From: an uncultured Bacteroidales bacterium
GTDB lineage: Bacteria > Bacteroidota > Bacteroidia > Bacteroidales > FEN-979
Reading direction: 5' to 3'
DNA: 64,000 nt
Assembly (NCBI GenBank): GCA_963785325.1
Contig: CAWAVC010000046.1
Coordinates: forward strand, 23,671 to 87,670
Positions 48,413 through 57,180 of the stretch are shown one piece after another (the stretch's first letter is position 1; each line of letters starts with the position of its first letter). A program made the translations under genes and the position numbers. Under the pieces are notes generated by a model. It was not told the DNA's origin and made no database searches. It worked only from the letters and a program-made list of their open reading frames with translations.

Positions 48413-50244
48413 GGAACTTCTTCAAAATACTACGATACGCCCGTCCCTATTGGTGGCATGCCTTTCTAAATGTTCTTTTTAACATTTTTGCCGTTCTCTT
48501 CTCGCTGGTATCTTTCACTATGTTCATCCCGATTCTTCAAATGCTGTTCAACCAGATGGAAATCCCGAAATCTGCGCCCCCATTGAATTGGACTAGCTAT
48601 AAATTATTATTTAATTCATTAAAGGATAATTTTTATTTCGAATCGGGCAAACTGATCCATATTTATGGAAACAACAGGATCCTCATTTACATCGGCATTA
48701 TTATCATTATTCTTTTTTTTCTCAAGAATTTTTTCCGTTATATGGCAATGTACTTTCTTGCGGTTGTAAGGAATGGGGTCGTCAAGGATCTCAGGAATGC
48801 CCTTTATAAAAAAGTACTAATCCTGCCCCTGTCTTATTATAATGAACAACGGAAAGGCGATATCATAGCCAGGATGACAAACGATGTTCAGGAAGTGGAA
48901 TGGTCGATTATGAGCTCACTGGAAATGGCCTTCCGCGATCCTATTACGATGTTAGCATACCTGGTTTTCATGTTTGCCCTCAGTCCTTCCCTTACCATTT
49001 TTGTCCTTGTCCTGCTGCCACTCAGCGCCCTTGTCATTGGTCGTATCGGAAAAAGCCTGAAACGCACTTCCGACAAGAGTCAGAAAAGAATGGGGTTTAT
49101 TCTTTCCATGATCGAAGAATCGATCTCAGGGCTAAGGATAATCAAGGCTTTTAACGCCATCAATTTTGCCGATAACCGGTTTAAAAAAATCAACCAGGAA
49201 TATACCAGACTGATGATCCGCCTTTACCGTAAGCGCGATTTGGCCTCTCCCCTCAGCGAATTTCTTAGTGTTCTGGTCGTGACTATTGTTTTATGGTATG
49301 GTGGAAACCTGGTATTCACGAAAGGAAATTTGCTTGATGCTGCTGCATTTCTGGTGTACCTTGGTATTTTTTCCCAATTGATGCCTCCGGCCAAATCAAT
49401 TACCCAGGCATATTACAACATTCAGAAAGGGGCTGCTTCAGTCGAAAGGATCACCCAGGTTCTGGTTGCCCCGGAAGTGATTGAACAAAAACCGGACGCC
49501 ATCACGAAAAAGAATTTTATCGACAAGATCGAATACCGTAATATTAATTTCCGGTATGACAAAGAGAACGTGCTTCAGGATTTCTCGCTTTCTATTCCAA
49601 AAGGAAAGACCATTGCGATAGTTGGGCCTTCCGGAGCCGGAAAATCAACAATGGTAGACCTTTTACCCCGTTTTTATGATTGTTCAGAAGGCGAGATCCT
49701 CATTGATGGTATCCCGATTCGTGACCTCGTAATCGAGGACCTGAGAGGATTGATGGGAATTGTTTCACAGGAAACAATATTGTTTAATGATACGATCTTT
49801 AACAACATTGCCTTCGGGATGGTGAATGTAAGCGAGGAAGATGTGATCTCTGCTGCTAAGGTAGCCAATGCTCATGAATTTATAGAGAAAATGCCTGACG
49901 GATATTATACCAATATCGGTGATCGTGGAACTAAACTTTCAGGAGGTCAGCGCCAACGGATCAGTATCGCACGTGCTGTGCTGAAGAACCCGCCGATCCT
50001 GATACTTGATGAGGCAACCTCTGCATTGGATACCGAATCAGAACGGTTAGTGCAACAGGCCATCGAAAACCTTATGCGAAACCGTACTTCAATCGTTATC
50101 GCACATCGGCTTTCTACAATACAATTCGCCGACGAGATCATTGTGCTTCAGAACGGTAAGATTGTTGAGCGCGGTACCCATTTTGGCCTTCTTGAGGATA
50201 ATAATGTGTATAAAAAACTGTACGACCTTCAATCCTTTGTCTGA
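48409..50244 (+). CDS. ABC exporter, fused TMD-NBD (MsbA-like lipid/multidrug exporter)
   Basis: 611 aa. Six-TM domain, Walker A GPSGAGKST, signature LSGGQRQR, Walker B ILILDEATSALD. Confidence 0.88.
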   Translation: MRNFFKILRYARPYWWHAFLNVLFNIFAVLFSLVSFTMFIPILQMLFNQMEIPKSAPPLNWTSYKLLFNSLKDNFYFESGKLIHIYGNNRILIYIGIIIIILFFLKNFFRYMAMYFLAVVRNGVVKDLRNALYKKVLILPLSYYNEQRKGDIIARMTNDVQEVEWSIMSSLEMAFRDPITMLAYLVFMFALSPSLTIFVLVLLPLSALVIGRIGKSLKRTSDKSQKRMGFILSMIEESISGLRIIKAFNAINFADNRFKKINQEYTRLMIRLYRKRDLASPLSEFLSVLVVTIVLWYGGNLVFTKGNLLDAAAFLVYLGIFSQLMPPAKSITQAYYNIQKGAASVERITQVLVAPEVIEQKPDAITKKNFIDKIEYRNINFRYDKENVLQDFSLSIPKGKTIAIVGPSGAGKSTMVDLLPRFYDCSEGEILIDGIPIRDLVIEDLRGLMGIVSQETILFNDTIFNNIAFGMVNVSEEDVISAAKVANAHEFIEKMPDGYYTNIGDRGTKLSGGQRQRISIARAVLKNPPILILDEATSALDTESERLVQQAIENLMRNRTSIVIAHRLSTIQFADEIIVLQNGKIVERGTHFGLLEDNNVYKKLYDLQSFV

Positions 50245-50248
50245 ATCC

Positions 50249-52021
50249 TCAGAAAAGAGAAGATGTTTTTTTCAGGATCCTTCGGTAAAATGAAAGAACA
50301 TTTGACCGCGAAACAAATCCGATATATTTTCCATTCCGTGTAACAGGAATATTCCATAGGTTTGAACTCTCCAGTTTTGTCATGACTGCTTCCATATTTT
50401 CAGCCGCATCGATCGAAAGGACATCCCTTGCAACGATATCCCCGATAGTCAGATCCTTATGAAGTTCCGGCTGGAATAATAGTTCCTTCACATTATCGAG
50501 CTGAATGATGCCAGATAAAATTATTGTCGGAATCCACAACAGGAAAAATATTTCGGTTACTATTTGTAAATGCTTCGATCAGTTTTCCGAATTTATCGGT
50601 AATCAGTAAGGGAATGAATTCTGTTTCTATAAGATCGTCAAGAAGGATCTGGCGGAGGACATTAGTGTCTTTATCACCGGTGAACACATGGCCTTTCTGA
50701 GCAAGTTTTTTCGTATAGATAGAATATGGTTCAAAATATCTGCTGATGAAATAAGAAAGTGCTGAAACTATCATAAGCGGAACAAACAGGACATATCCGC
50801 CTGTTATCTCTGCAATCAGAAAGATGGCAGTGAGCGGTGCATGAATTACACCGGCCATGATACCGGCCATTCCTACTGCCACAAAATTGTTGATATGAAG
50901 GTCACTGATACCTAAAGTATTTACCAGGAAGGCGAGTCCAAAACCAGCCATAGCACCTGTGAAGAGAGAAGGAGCGAAGATACCTCCATTACCCCCGGAA
51001 CCAAGGGTCAGGGCAGTAGCGATGGGCTTTACCAGGACAATTGCAAATGCAATAATGAGCAATTCCCATGGATTATCACGGAACCCGCTGAAAATACTGT
51101 TGTTCATTATATCCTGGAATGATCCTTTCAGGAGGGCTGTCACCGTGATATATCCTTCCCCAAACAGGGGAGGGAATAGAAAGATCAGACCGCATAACAG
51201 CAATCCTCCTAACAGTGCCTTGATATAGTTTTCCTTTGTCGTCTCCATTTTTTCCTCGATGAAAAGAGAAACCCTTGTCATATAAACTGAAAGAAGTCCG
51301 CAAATAACACCGAGAAGGATATAAAAGGGGATGGCATGGTAGTACCAGTCGTTGGTGATCAGGTAAAATAATTGTCCCCGGTATAAAAGCTTTGAAACAA
51401 TGATCGATGTAGCGGTGGATATCAGTAGGGGAATGAAAAGAGGGATGGTTATATCGGTGAGTAATACTTCGATAGCAAATATGACGCCGGCGATTGGACA
51501 GTTGCAAAACTGCTGCTATTCCTGAGGCAGCCCCACAAGCAAGAAGCAGCACCCTTTCCTTGTCGCCGAAACCAAGCTGCGTAGCGATGTTTGACCCGAT
51601 GGCTGAGCCTGTGATGACTATAGGAGCTTCCAAACCGGCGCTACCGCCAAAACCCACTGTTATTCCACTGGTAATAATGTGTGAGTACATCTTGTTTCTT
51701 TCCACCCGGCCCGACTTACGAACGATAGAAAAGAGGATGCTCCCCAGCCCTTTTTCCATTTTCCCTTTAAAAAAAATTTCTAACCACCATTACAGTCAGC
51801 AGAATACCTATGACCGGCAACAGAAAGTACCAGATACGATGTACTGAAACCTGGAAAAAATATTCAGAGATCTGTTGCATAAGGTGGACAAAAGTCTTCA
51901 GAACGATAGCGGATAATGCAGAAATAATCCCCACCAGTATGCTTGCCATTACAAGCATCGTGCGGCTCCCTAAATGGGACTTCTGCCAGACTGTTATAGG
52001 CCGGAGGAGTTTGTTAAACAC
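50249..52021 (-). pseudogene. ClC-family voltage-gated chloride channel / Cl-:H+ antiporter with a C-terminal CBS domain, broken by three frame changes
   Basis: Four ORF pieces (51767..52021, 51076..51759, 50493..51281, 50249..50539) tile one ClC: GFGGSAGLEAPIV (GxEGP-type), GSGGNGGIFAPSLF (GxFxP), and a CBS tail. The breaks are near 51766-51780 (A8/T8 run), 51500-51512 (GIAAV then NCPIAGVIFAIEVLL in another frame) and 50508-50520. Confidence 0.85.
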
Positions 52022-52119
52022 CTTGAGAAATAATAATTATCATCCGGCTCAAAGATAAAGAAAATGCAACGAAAAGGGAAAATAATCAATGAGTTTACAA
52101 CTTCGATCCGGCAGGCTAT

Positions 52120-52971
52120 TCAGAGATTGACCATCCCCAGCATAAAATCTTCCACACGTTGTTTAAGAATTTTTGTCCGGCAACTGTAATTGTTTATAAT
52201 CAGAGTGAAAATAAGTTTTTTTCCACTTAACGTGCTTACATAACCGGCATAACTTCTGACACCTCCAAGGGAACCTGTCTTAGCCCTGATCCTTCCTTCA
52301 CCGTTGCTTCCTACAAGCCATTTGTGCATTGTTCCTGAGATACCGGCTAACGGGAGTGAATTGTAAAAAACCTGAAAGACAGGAGAGGTAGTCATCTTGT
52401 AAAGAACATCTGCCAATTGTTTTGGACTTGCAATATTGTCATGCGATCGGCCACTGCCATCACACATGTTAAGTCCTGAAATATCTATTCCTTTAGCTTT
52501 CCAGTATTCCATTACAGCTTGTGTTCCGTGCAGAAAATCGTATTTTCCGTATTTCTGTTGTCCGATTTTCTGTAACAACCGGTTAGCACGCCAATTGATA
52601 CTGTTTAGATTAGTAATCGTGACTTCCTGATAGATGGGTTCACCGAATAATTCCAGAGCGGCTGCCGTAGTCAGTATCTTTTGTGTGGAAGCAGGAACCA
52701 TTCCCATCGCAGCATTATGATCGAAAATCAGATTCTGTAACCCTTTCGTGAAATCATAGATAGTATATCCTATAGTAGCGCCCATGAAACAAGGATCATG
52801 AATAAAATGATCAAGTTCAGCCGACAATGAGTCGTGTCTTGCTTTTTCATTAAGCCGAAAAACGGTTGAATCATTCTTTATCATAGCCTGTTTCTTTTCC
52901 CCTCCATGTTTGCAGGAAAGCATTGTGAGTGAAGACAAGAAAATAAAAAAAAACAGGGAAATCCGATTCAT
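52120..52971 (-). CDS. Short PBP4/S13-like D-alanyl-D-alanine carboxypeptidase-type serine hydrolase
   Basis: 283 aa, lipobox LTMLSC. Motifs are SxxK as PASTQKILT, DGSGRSHDN (PBP4-style SxN region) and KTGSL. Confidence 0.6.
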   Translation of the reverse strand: MNRISLFFFIFLSSLTMLSCKHGGEKKQAMIKNDSTVFRLNEKARHDSLSAELDHFIHDPCFMGATIGYTIYDFTKGLQNLIFDHNAAMGMVPASTQKILTTAAALELFGEPIYQEVTITNLNSINWRANRLLQKIGQQKYGKYDFLHGTQAVMEYWKAKGIDISGLNMCDGSGRSHDNIASPKQLADVLYKMTTSPVFQVFYNSLPLAGISGTMHKWLVGSNGEGRIRAKTGSLGGVRSYAGYVSTLSGKKLIFTLIINNYSCRTKILKQRVEDFMLGMVNL

Positions 52972-53243
52972 ATCAGTAAAATAAATTTAACTGCAAATAT
53001 CGGAAAAATGTCTGATGACCCAGATTTCACAATCATATTATTCATAATGACGTTTCATTACACCGAATCAGGGGATATATTATCAACAATCCAAAATCAT
53101 GGTACGAAAATAAAGTTTACAATTAATGCTGGTATAGACGGGTGTTGCCCCAGTCTATATAGCCCATGTTAAACCCTTCTTTATGATTATTGGGTATTTT
53201 TGATTTGAAAAAGAAGGATAAGAATATGATGCACAAAATGTAA

Positions 53244-53251
53244 TATCTTTG
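53244..53251 (+). promoter_or_regulatory. -7 promoter box (TATCTTTG) for the amidohydrolase gene
   Basis: Exact TAnnTTTG match 22 nt upstream of ATG 53274. Confidence 0.45.
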
Positions 53252-53273
53252 GATATTTAATTGTCACCCGGTT

Positions 53274-54467
53274 ATGAATAATCTTAAGGATCAGATAAAA
53301 GGGCTTTCTTCAGAATATTTTGAGGAGATACGTACAATTCGCCGCCATTTCCATCAGCATCCGGAACTTTCCTGTGAAGAATTCAAAACTGCAGATTTCA
53401 TTTGCAAGAAGCTCGATGAATACGGGATTACTTATGTCAAAGGAGTTGCAGAGACTGGAATTGTTGGCATGATCAATGGGATCAACCCGGAATCAAGAAA
53501 CATCGCATTACGGGCTGATATGGATGCATTGCCTATCCGTGAAGAAAATCCGGTTGAATACAAATCACTGGTTCCTTCAAAGATGCATGCCTGCGGCCAT
53601 GATGTTCACATGGCAAGTTTACTGGGTACAGCAAAGATCCTGAACCGGATTAAAGACCGGTTTGAAGGGAGTGTAAAATTAATCTTTCAACCCTCCGAAG
53701 AAACCTATCCCGGAGGCGCCATCCGCATGATACGTGAAGGTGTGCTGAAGAATCCCGAACCTGAATCTATTATCGGGCAACACGTACTCAACACGGTGGA
53801 TACAGGAATGATCGGTTTAAAAGCAGGCCCTTACATGGCTTCTACGGATGAAATCTATCTTACCGTTAAAGGTAAAGGAGGACATGCCGCAACACCCGAA
53901 CAGTTAATCGATCCCATCCTGATCGCATCCCATATTGTAGTAGCATTGCAGCAGATTGTAAGCCGGAATGCAAGTCCAATCATCCCGACGGTGATTTCAT
54001 TCGGTAAGATTTCCGGGGAGGGCAGGACGAATATTATTCCCGACAAGGTTTCCATTGAAGGCACAGTAAGGACTTATAATGAGATCTGGAGAAAATCCAT
54101 CCATGAAAAAATAACCCTCATGACATCATCAATTGCAAAAGGCATGGGGGGAAGTTGCGAAGTGAGGATAGCACATGGATATCCATTCCTCGATAACGAT
54201 GTTCAACTGACTACTAATATCCGTGAATGGTCCATAGAATATCTTGGAGAAAAAAACGTTCTTGAGCTTGATGCGCGAATGACATCGGAAGATTTTTCCT
54301 ACTTTGCAAACGAACTTCCTTCCTGTTTATACAGGCTCGGAATCAGAAATGAAGAAAAGGGCATTGTTTCCAATATTCATACCAGCACATTCGATGTGGA
54401 TGAAAGTTGTCTTCAAACAGGAATGGGTCTCATGGCATGGATCGCCATCAAACGGTTGAACCAATAA
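53274..54467 (+). CDS. M20D-family amidohydrolase (N-acyl-amino-acid amidohydrolase / hippuricase-like)
   Basis: 397 aa. IRRHFHQHPELSCEEFKT and the metal-binding MHACGHDVH are typical of the family. Confidence 0.85.
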   Translation: MNNLKDQIKGLSSEYFEEIRTIRRHFHQHPELSCEEFKTADFICKKLDEYGITYVKGVAETGIVGMINGINPESRNIALRADMDALPIREENPVEYKSLVPSKMHACGHDVHMASLLGTAKILNRIKDRFEGSVKLIFQPSEETYPGGAIRMIREGVLKNPEPESIIGQHVLNTVDTGMIGLKAGPYMASTDEIYLTVKGKGGHAATPEQLIDPILIASHIVVALQQIVSRNASPIIPTVISFGKISGEGRTNIIPDKVSIEGTVRTYNEIWRKSIHEKITLMTSSIAKGMGGSCEVRIAHGYPFLDNDVQLTTNIREWSIEYLGEKNVLELDARMTSEDFSYFANELPSCLYRLGIRNEEKGIVSNIHTSTFDVDESCLQTGMGLMAWIAIKRLNQ

Positions 54468-54476
54468 TCTTTCTTT

Positions 54477-56360
54477 ATGCGCTTTCGTTGTTTATATTTT
54501 ATCATTTTCGTTATTCACTATTTACTATTCACTTTTCATTGTATTGCCCAAGATCATCCGGCCACAAATGTTCCTGTGTTGCCATTCCAGACAAATGCCA
54601 CAGATAATAATGATGAACAGGTTGCCATGCAATTTTTCCAGAATCAAGAATATGCAAAGGCGGCAGAAGTCTATGAAAAGCTGTATGCCCTGAAACCCTC
54701 TTATTATCTCTATTCTTATTATTTTTTCAGCCTGGTTGAAATCGAAGATTTCGCTAGGGCTGAAAAACTGGTAAAAATTGCCCAAAAAAATGACAAGGAA
54801 GCCTTGAAGTACATGGTCGACCTGGGTTATATCTCATACCGGAAAGGTGATCGGGAAAAAGCAAAAAAAATGTACGATGAATCTATCAGGAAACTTGAAG
54901 CAAACCAGCAGCAGATTGCTGATCTGGCTAATGCCTTCATTAGCCGGAATGAAAATGAATATGCAGAAAAAGTTTATCTGAAAGGACGCCAGCTCCTGAA
55001 TAATTCTTATCCTTTCGGATTTGAATTGGCGATGATCTATGAAAGAACCGGAGAGTTCAAAAAAATGCTGGATGAGTATTTTAATCTGTTGGAAATTAAC
55101 AAAACGTATTTAACTACTATTGAGGACCGTTTGCAATATGATCTTGCTAATGATCCTGATAATTCAAAGAACGAAACTTTCCGGAAGTATCTGCTCGAAA
55201 AGTCACAGAAAGAACCCGATAAAATTTATTTTTCGGAAATGCTTTGGTGGTATTCCATTCAGCAAAAGGATTTTGATCTTGCATTGATCCAGGCCAGGTC
55301 GCTTGACCGGCGTTTAAGGGAGGATGGAGGAAGGGTTTTCCAACTGGCAAAAATGGCAATCTCAAATCAGGAATATGAATCCGCAATCGAGGCTTATAAA
55401 TATGTGATATTGAAAGGGAAAGAATATCCATTTTATGATGAAAGCCGAACGGAATTGCTCAACACTAGGTTCATCAAGTTGGTTTCACATCCCAGTCCAT
55501 CACTAAAATCCCTGGAGGAACTGGAAAAGGAGTTCGAAAAAGAAATCGCTCAGACTGATAACAGTGATCAATCTGTGATACTATCAAAAGATCTTGCTCA
55601 CCTGGATGCATTTTTTCTTGGGAAAAATGAATCAGCCATCGCGATGTTATCGACTATTGTAGAACGAAAAGATATCAACCTGAAATTAAAATCCCAAGTT
55701 AAGCTTGAACTAGCTGATATTTATCTATTTACAGGCAATGTGTGGGAGGCTACCTTATTATATCAGCAGGTCTACATGGATTTCAAAAACGATGAGATTG
55801 GGGAAGACGCCAAGTTTAAAAATGCAAAATTATCTTATTATATCGGTGAATTCAAATGGGCACAAGCACAGTTGGATATTTTGAAAGCCGCAACCTCGAA
55901 ACTTATTGCAAATGATGCAATGGCATTATCACTTCTTATCAGCGAACATTTTGATGCCGACAGTAACACAATCGCATTGGGATATTTTTCACATGCCGAT
56001 CTTCTTGAATACCGGAATAAAAATGAAGATGCCGTAAAAACCCTGGATTCGATTACACTGGCATTCAAGGATCATACGATATTTCCCCACATGTACCTGG
56101 AAAAGGCTAATATTCTGAAAAAAGAGGGAAAATTTCAGGAAGCAGATACCCTCCTGGGAACAATTGTCAAAACATATCCTGATGATGTGCTGGCCGACCA
56201 GGCTCTTTATATACGCGCTCATATGAATGAGGAAGATATTAAAGATACCTCGAAGGGAATGGAGTATTATGAATCGCTAATGAGTAAATATCCAGGTAGT
56301 ATCTATGTTCCTGAATCCCGTAAAAGATTCCGGTTGTTGAGGGGAGATAAAGCATTCTAA
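54477..56360 (+). CDS. Tetratricopeptide-repeat protein (secreted or periplasmic)
   Basis: 627 aa with an N-terminal hydrophobic signal and repeated 34-aa A/Y/L patterns (YAKAAEVYEKLY, YESAIEAYKYVI, ...). Confidence 0.7.
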   Translation: MRFRCLYFIIFVIHYLLFTFHCIAQDHPATNVPVLPFQTNATDNNDEQVAMQFFQNQEYAKAAEVYEKLYALKPSYYLYSYYFFSLVEIEDFARAEKLVKIAQKNDKEALKYMVDLGYISYRKGDREKAKKMYDESIRKLEANQQQIADLANAFISRNENEYAEKVYLKGRQLLNNSYPFGFELAMIYERTGEFKKMLDEYFNLLEINKTYLTTIEDRLQYDLANDPDNSKNETFRKYLLEKSQKEPDKIYFSEMLWWYSIQQKDFDLALIQARSLDRRLREDGGRVFQLAKMAISNQEYESAIEAYKYVILKGKEYPFYDESRTELLNTRFIKLVSHPSPSLKSLEELEKEFEKEIAQTDNSDQSVILSKDLAHLDAFFLGKNESAIAMLSTIVERKDINLKLKSQVKLELADIYLFTGNVWEATLLYQQVYMDFKNDEIGEDAKFKNAKLSYYIGEFKWAQAQLDILKAATSKLIANDAMALSLLISEHFDADSNTIALGYFSHADLLEYRNKNEDAVKTLDSITLAFKDHTIFPHMYLEKANILKKEGKFQEADTLLGTIVKTYPDDVLADQALYIRAHMNEEDIKDTSKGMEYYESLMSKYPGSIYVPESRKRFRLLRGDKAF

Positions 56361-56361
56361 G

Positions 56362-57128
56362 ATGATACAACCGAAAAAGCATCTGGGTCAGCATTTCCTA
56401 CATGATGAAAACATTGCCCGCAAGATTGTCGGTTACCTTTCCAAAGATATTATCAATGTTGTCGAAGTAGGTCCGGGTTTAGGGGTTCTGTCAAAATATC
56501 TTCTTGAAAATCCAGGATTGAATCCATATTTTTTTGAGATTGATAGTGAAGCAGTTTTGCATCTTCAAAAAGAGTATCCAGCCATTTCCGGAAGGTTGAT
56601 AGAGAAAGATTTCCTGCAGGTAGATCTTTCGATAATTCCTGTTCCATTTGCAGTTATCGGTAATTTTCCTTACAATATTTCCACTCAGATCCTATTCCGC
56701 GTGCTTGAGTATAGAAATTCGATTACAGAGGTGATTGGCATGTTCCAGAAAGAGGTTGCCGATAGAATTGCTTCGCCTCCGGGTTCGAAAAAGTATGGTA
56801 TCCTGAGTGTACTGCTGAAAGCGTGGTTCCATATAGAATATATGTTTACTGTAAATGAATCAGTGTTTTATCCTCCTCCCAAAATCAAATCAGCTGTTAT
56901 ACGTTTACAGAGAAACGAGGTTAAAAAACTGAATTGTGATGAGAAACTTTTTTTCGCACAGTAAAAACCGCTTTTAACCAACGCAGAAAGACATTAAGGA
57001 ATGCCTTGAAAGAGATGATTACAGTTGGAAAATTACCTTTAGACGAAATTCAATCATTGCTGGATAAACGTGCGGAACAATTAAGCGTGTCTGATTTTAT
57101 AGAGCTGACACGATACCTTGAAGGATAA
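56362..57128 (+). pseudogene. rsmA: 16S rRNA (adenine1518/1519-N6)-dimethyltransferase RsmA/KsgA, frame broken in a T7 run at 56948-56954
   Basis: KKHLGQHFLHD, VVEVGPGLGVLS and GNFPYNISTQILF motifs. ORF 56362..56964 ends EKLFFAQ*, while the next frame continues RTVKTAFNQRRKTLRNALKE...LSVSDFIELTRYLEG* with the stop at 57126-28. Confidence 0.88.
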
Positions 57129-57154
57129 GCTGAAGCGATTTCTGTTAAAATTCC

Positions 57155-57162
57155 TATTTTTG
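57155..57162 (+). promoter_or_regulatory. -7 promoter box (TATTTTTG) upstream of ATG 57181
   Basis: Exact TAnnTTTG match 18 nt upstream of ATG 57181. Confidence 0.4.
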
Positions 57163-57180
57163 CATTTCAACTTCTAAATC

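Noticed and set aside
51494-51847. 117-aa plus-strand ORF within the ClC locus
   Set aside because: The minus-strand fragments tile a complete ClC channel, so the plus-strand ORF is a by-product.
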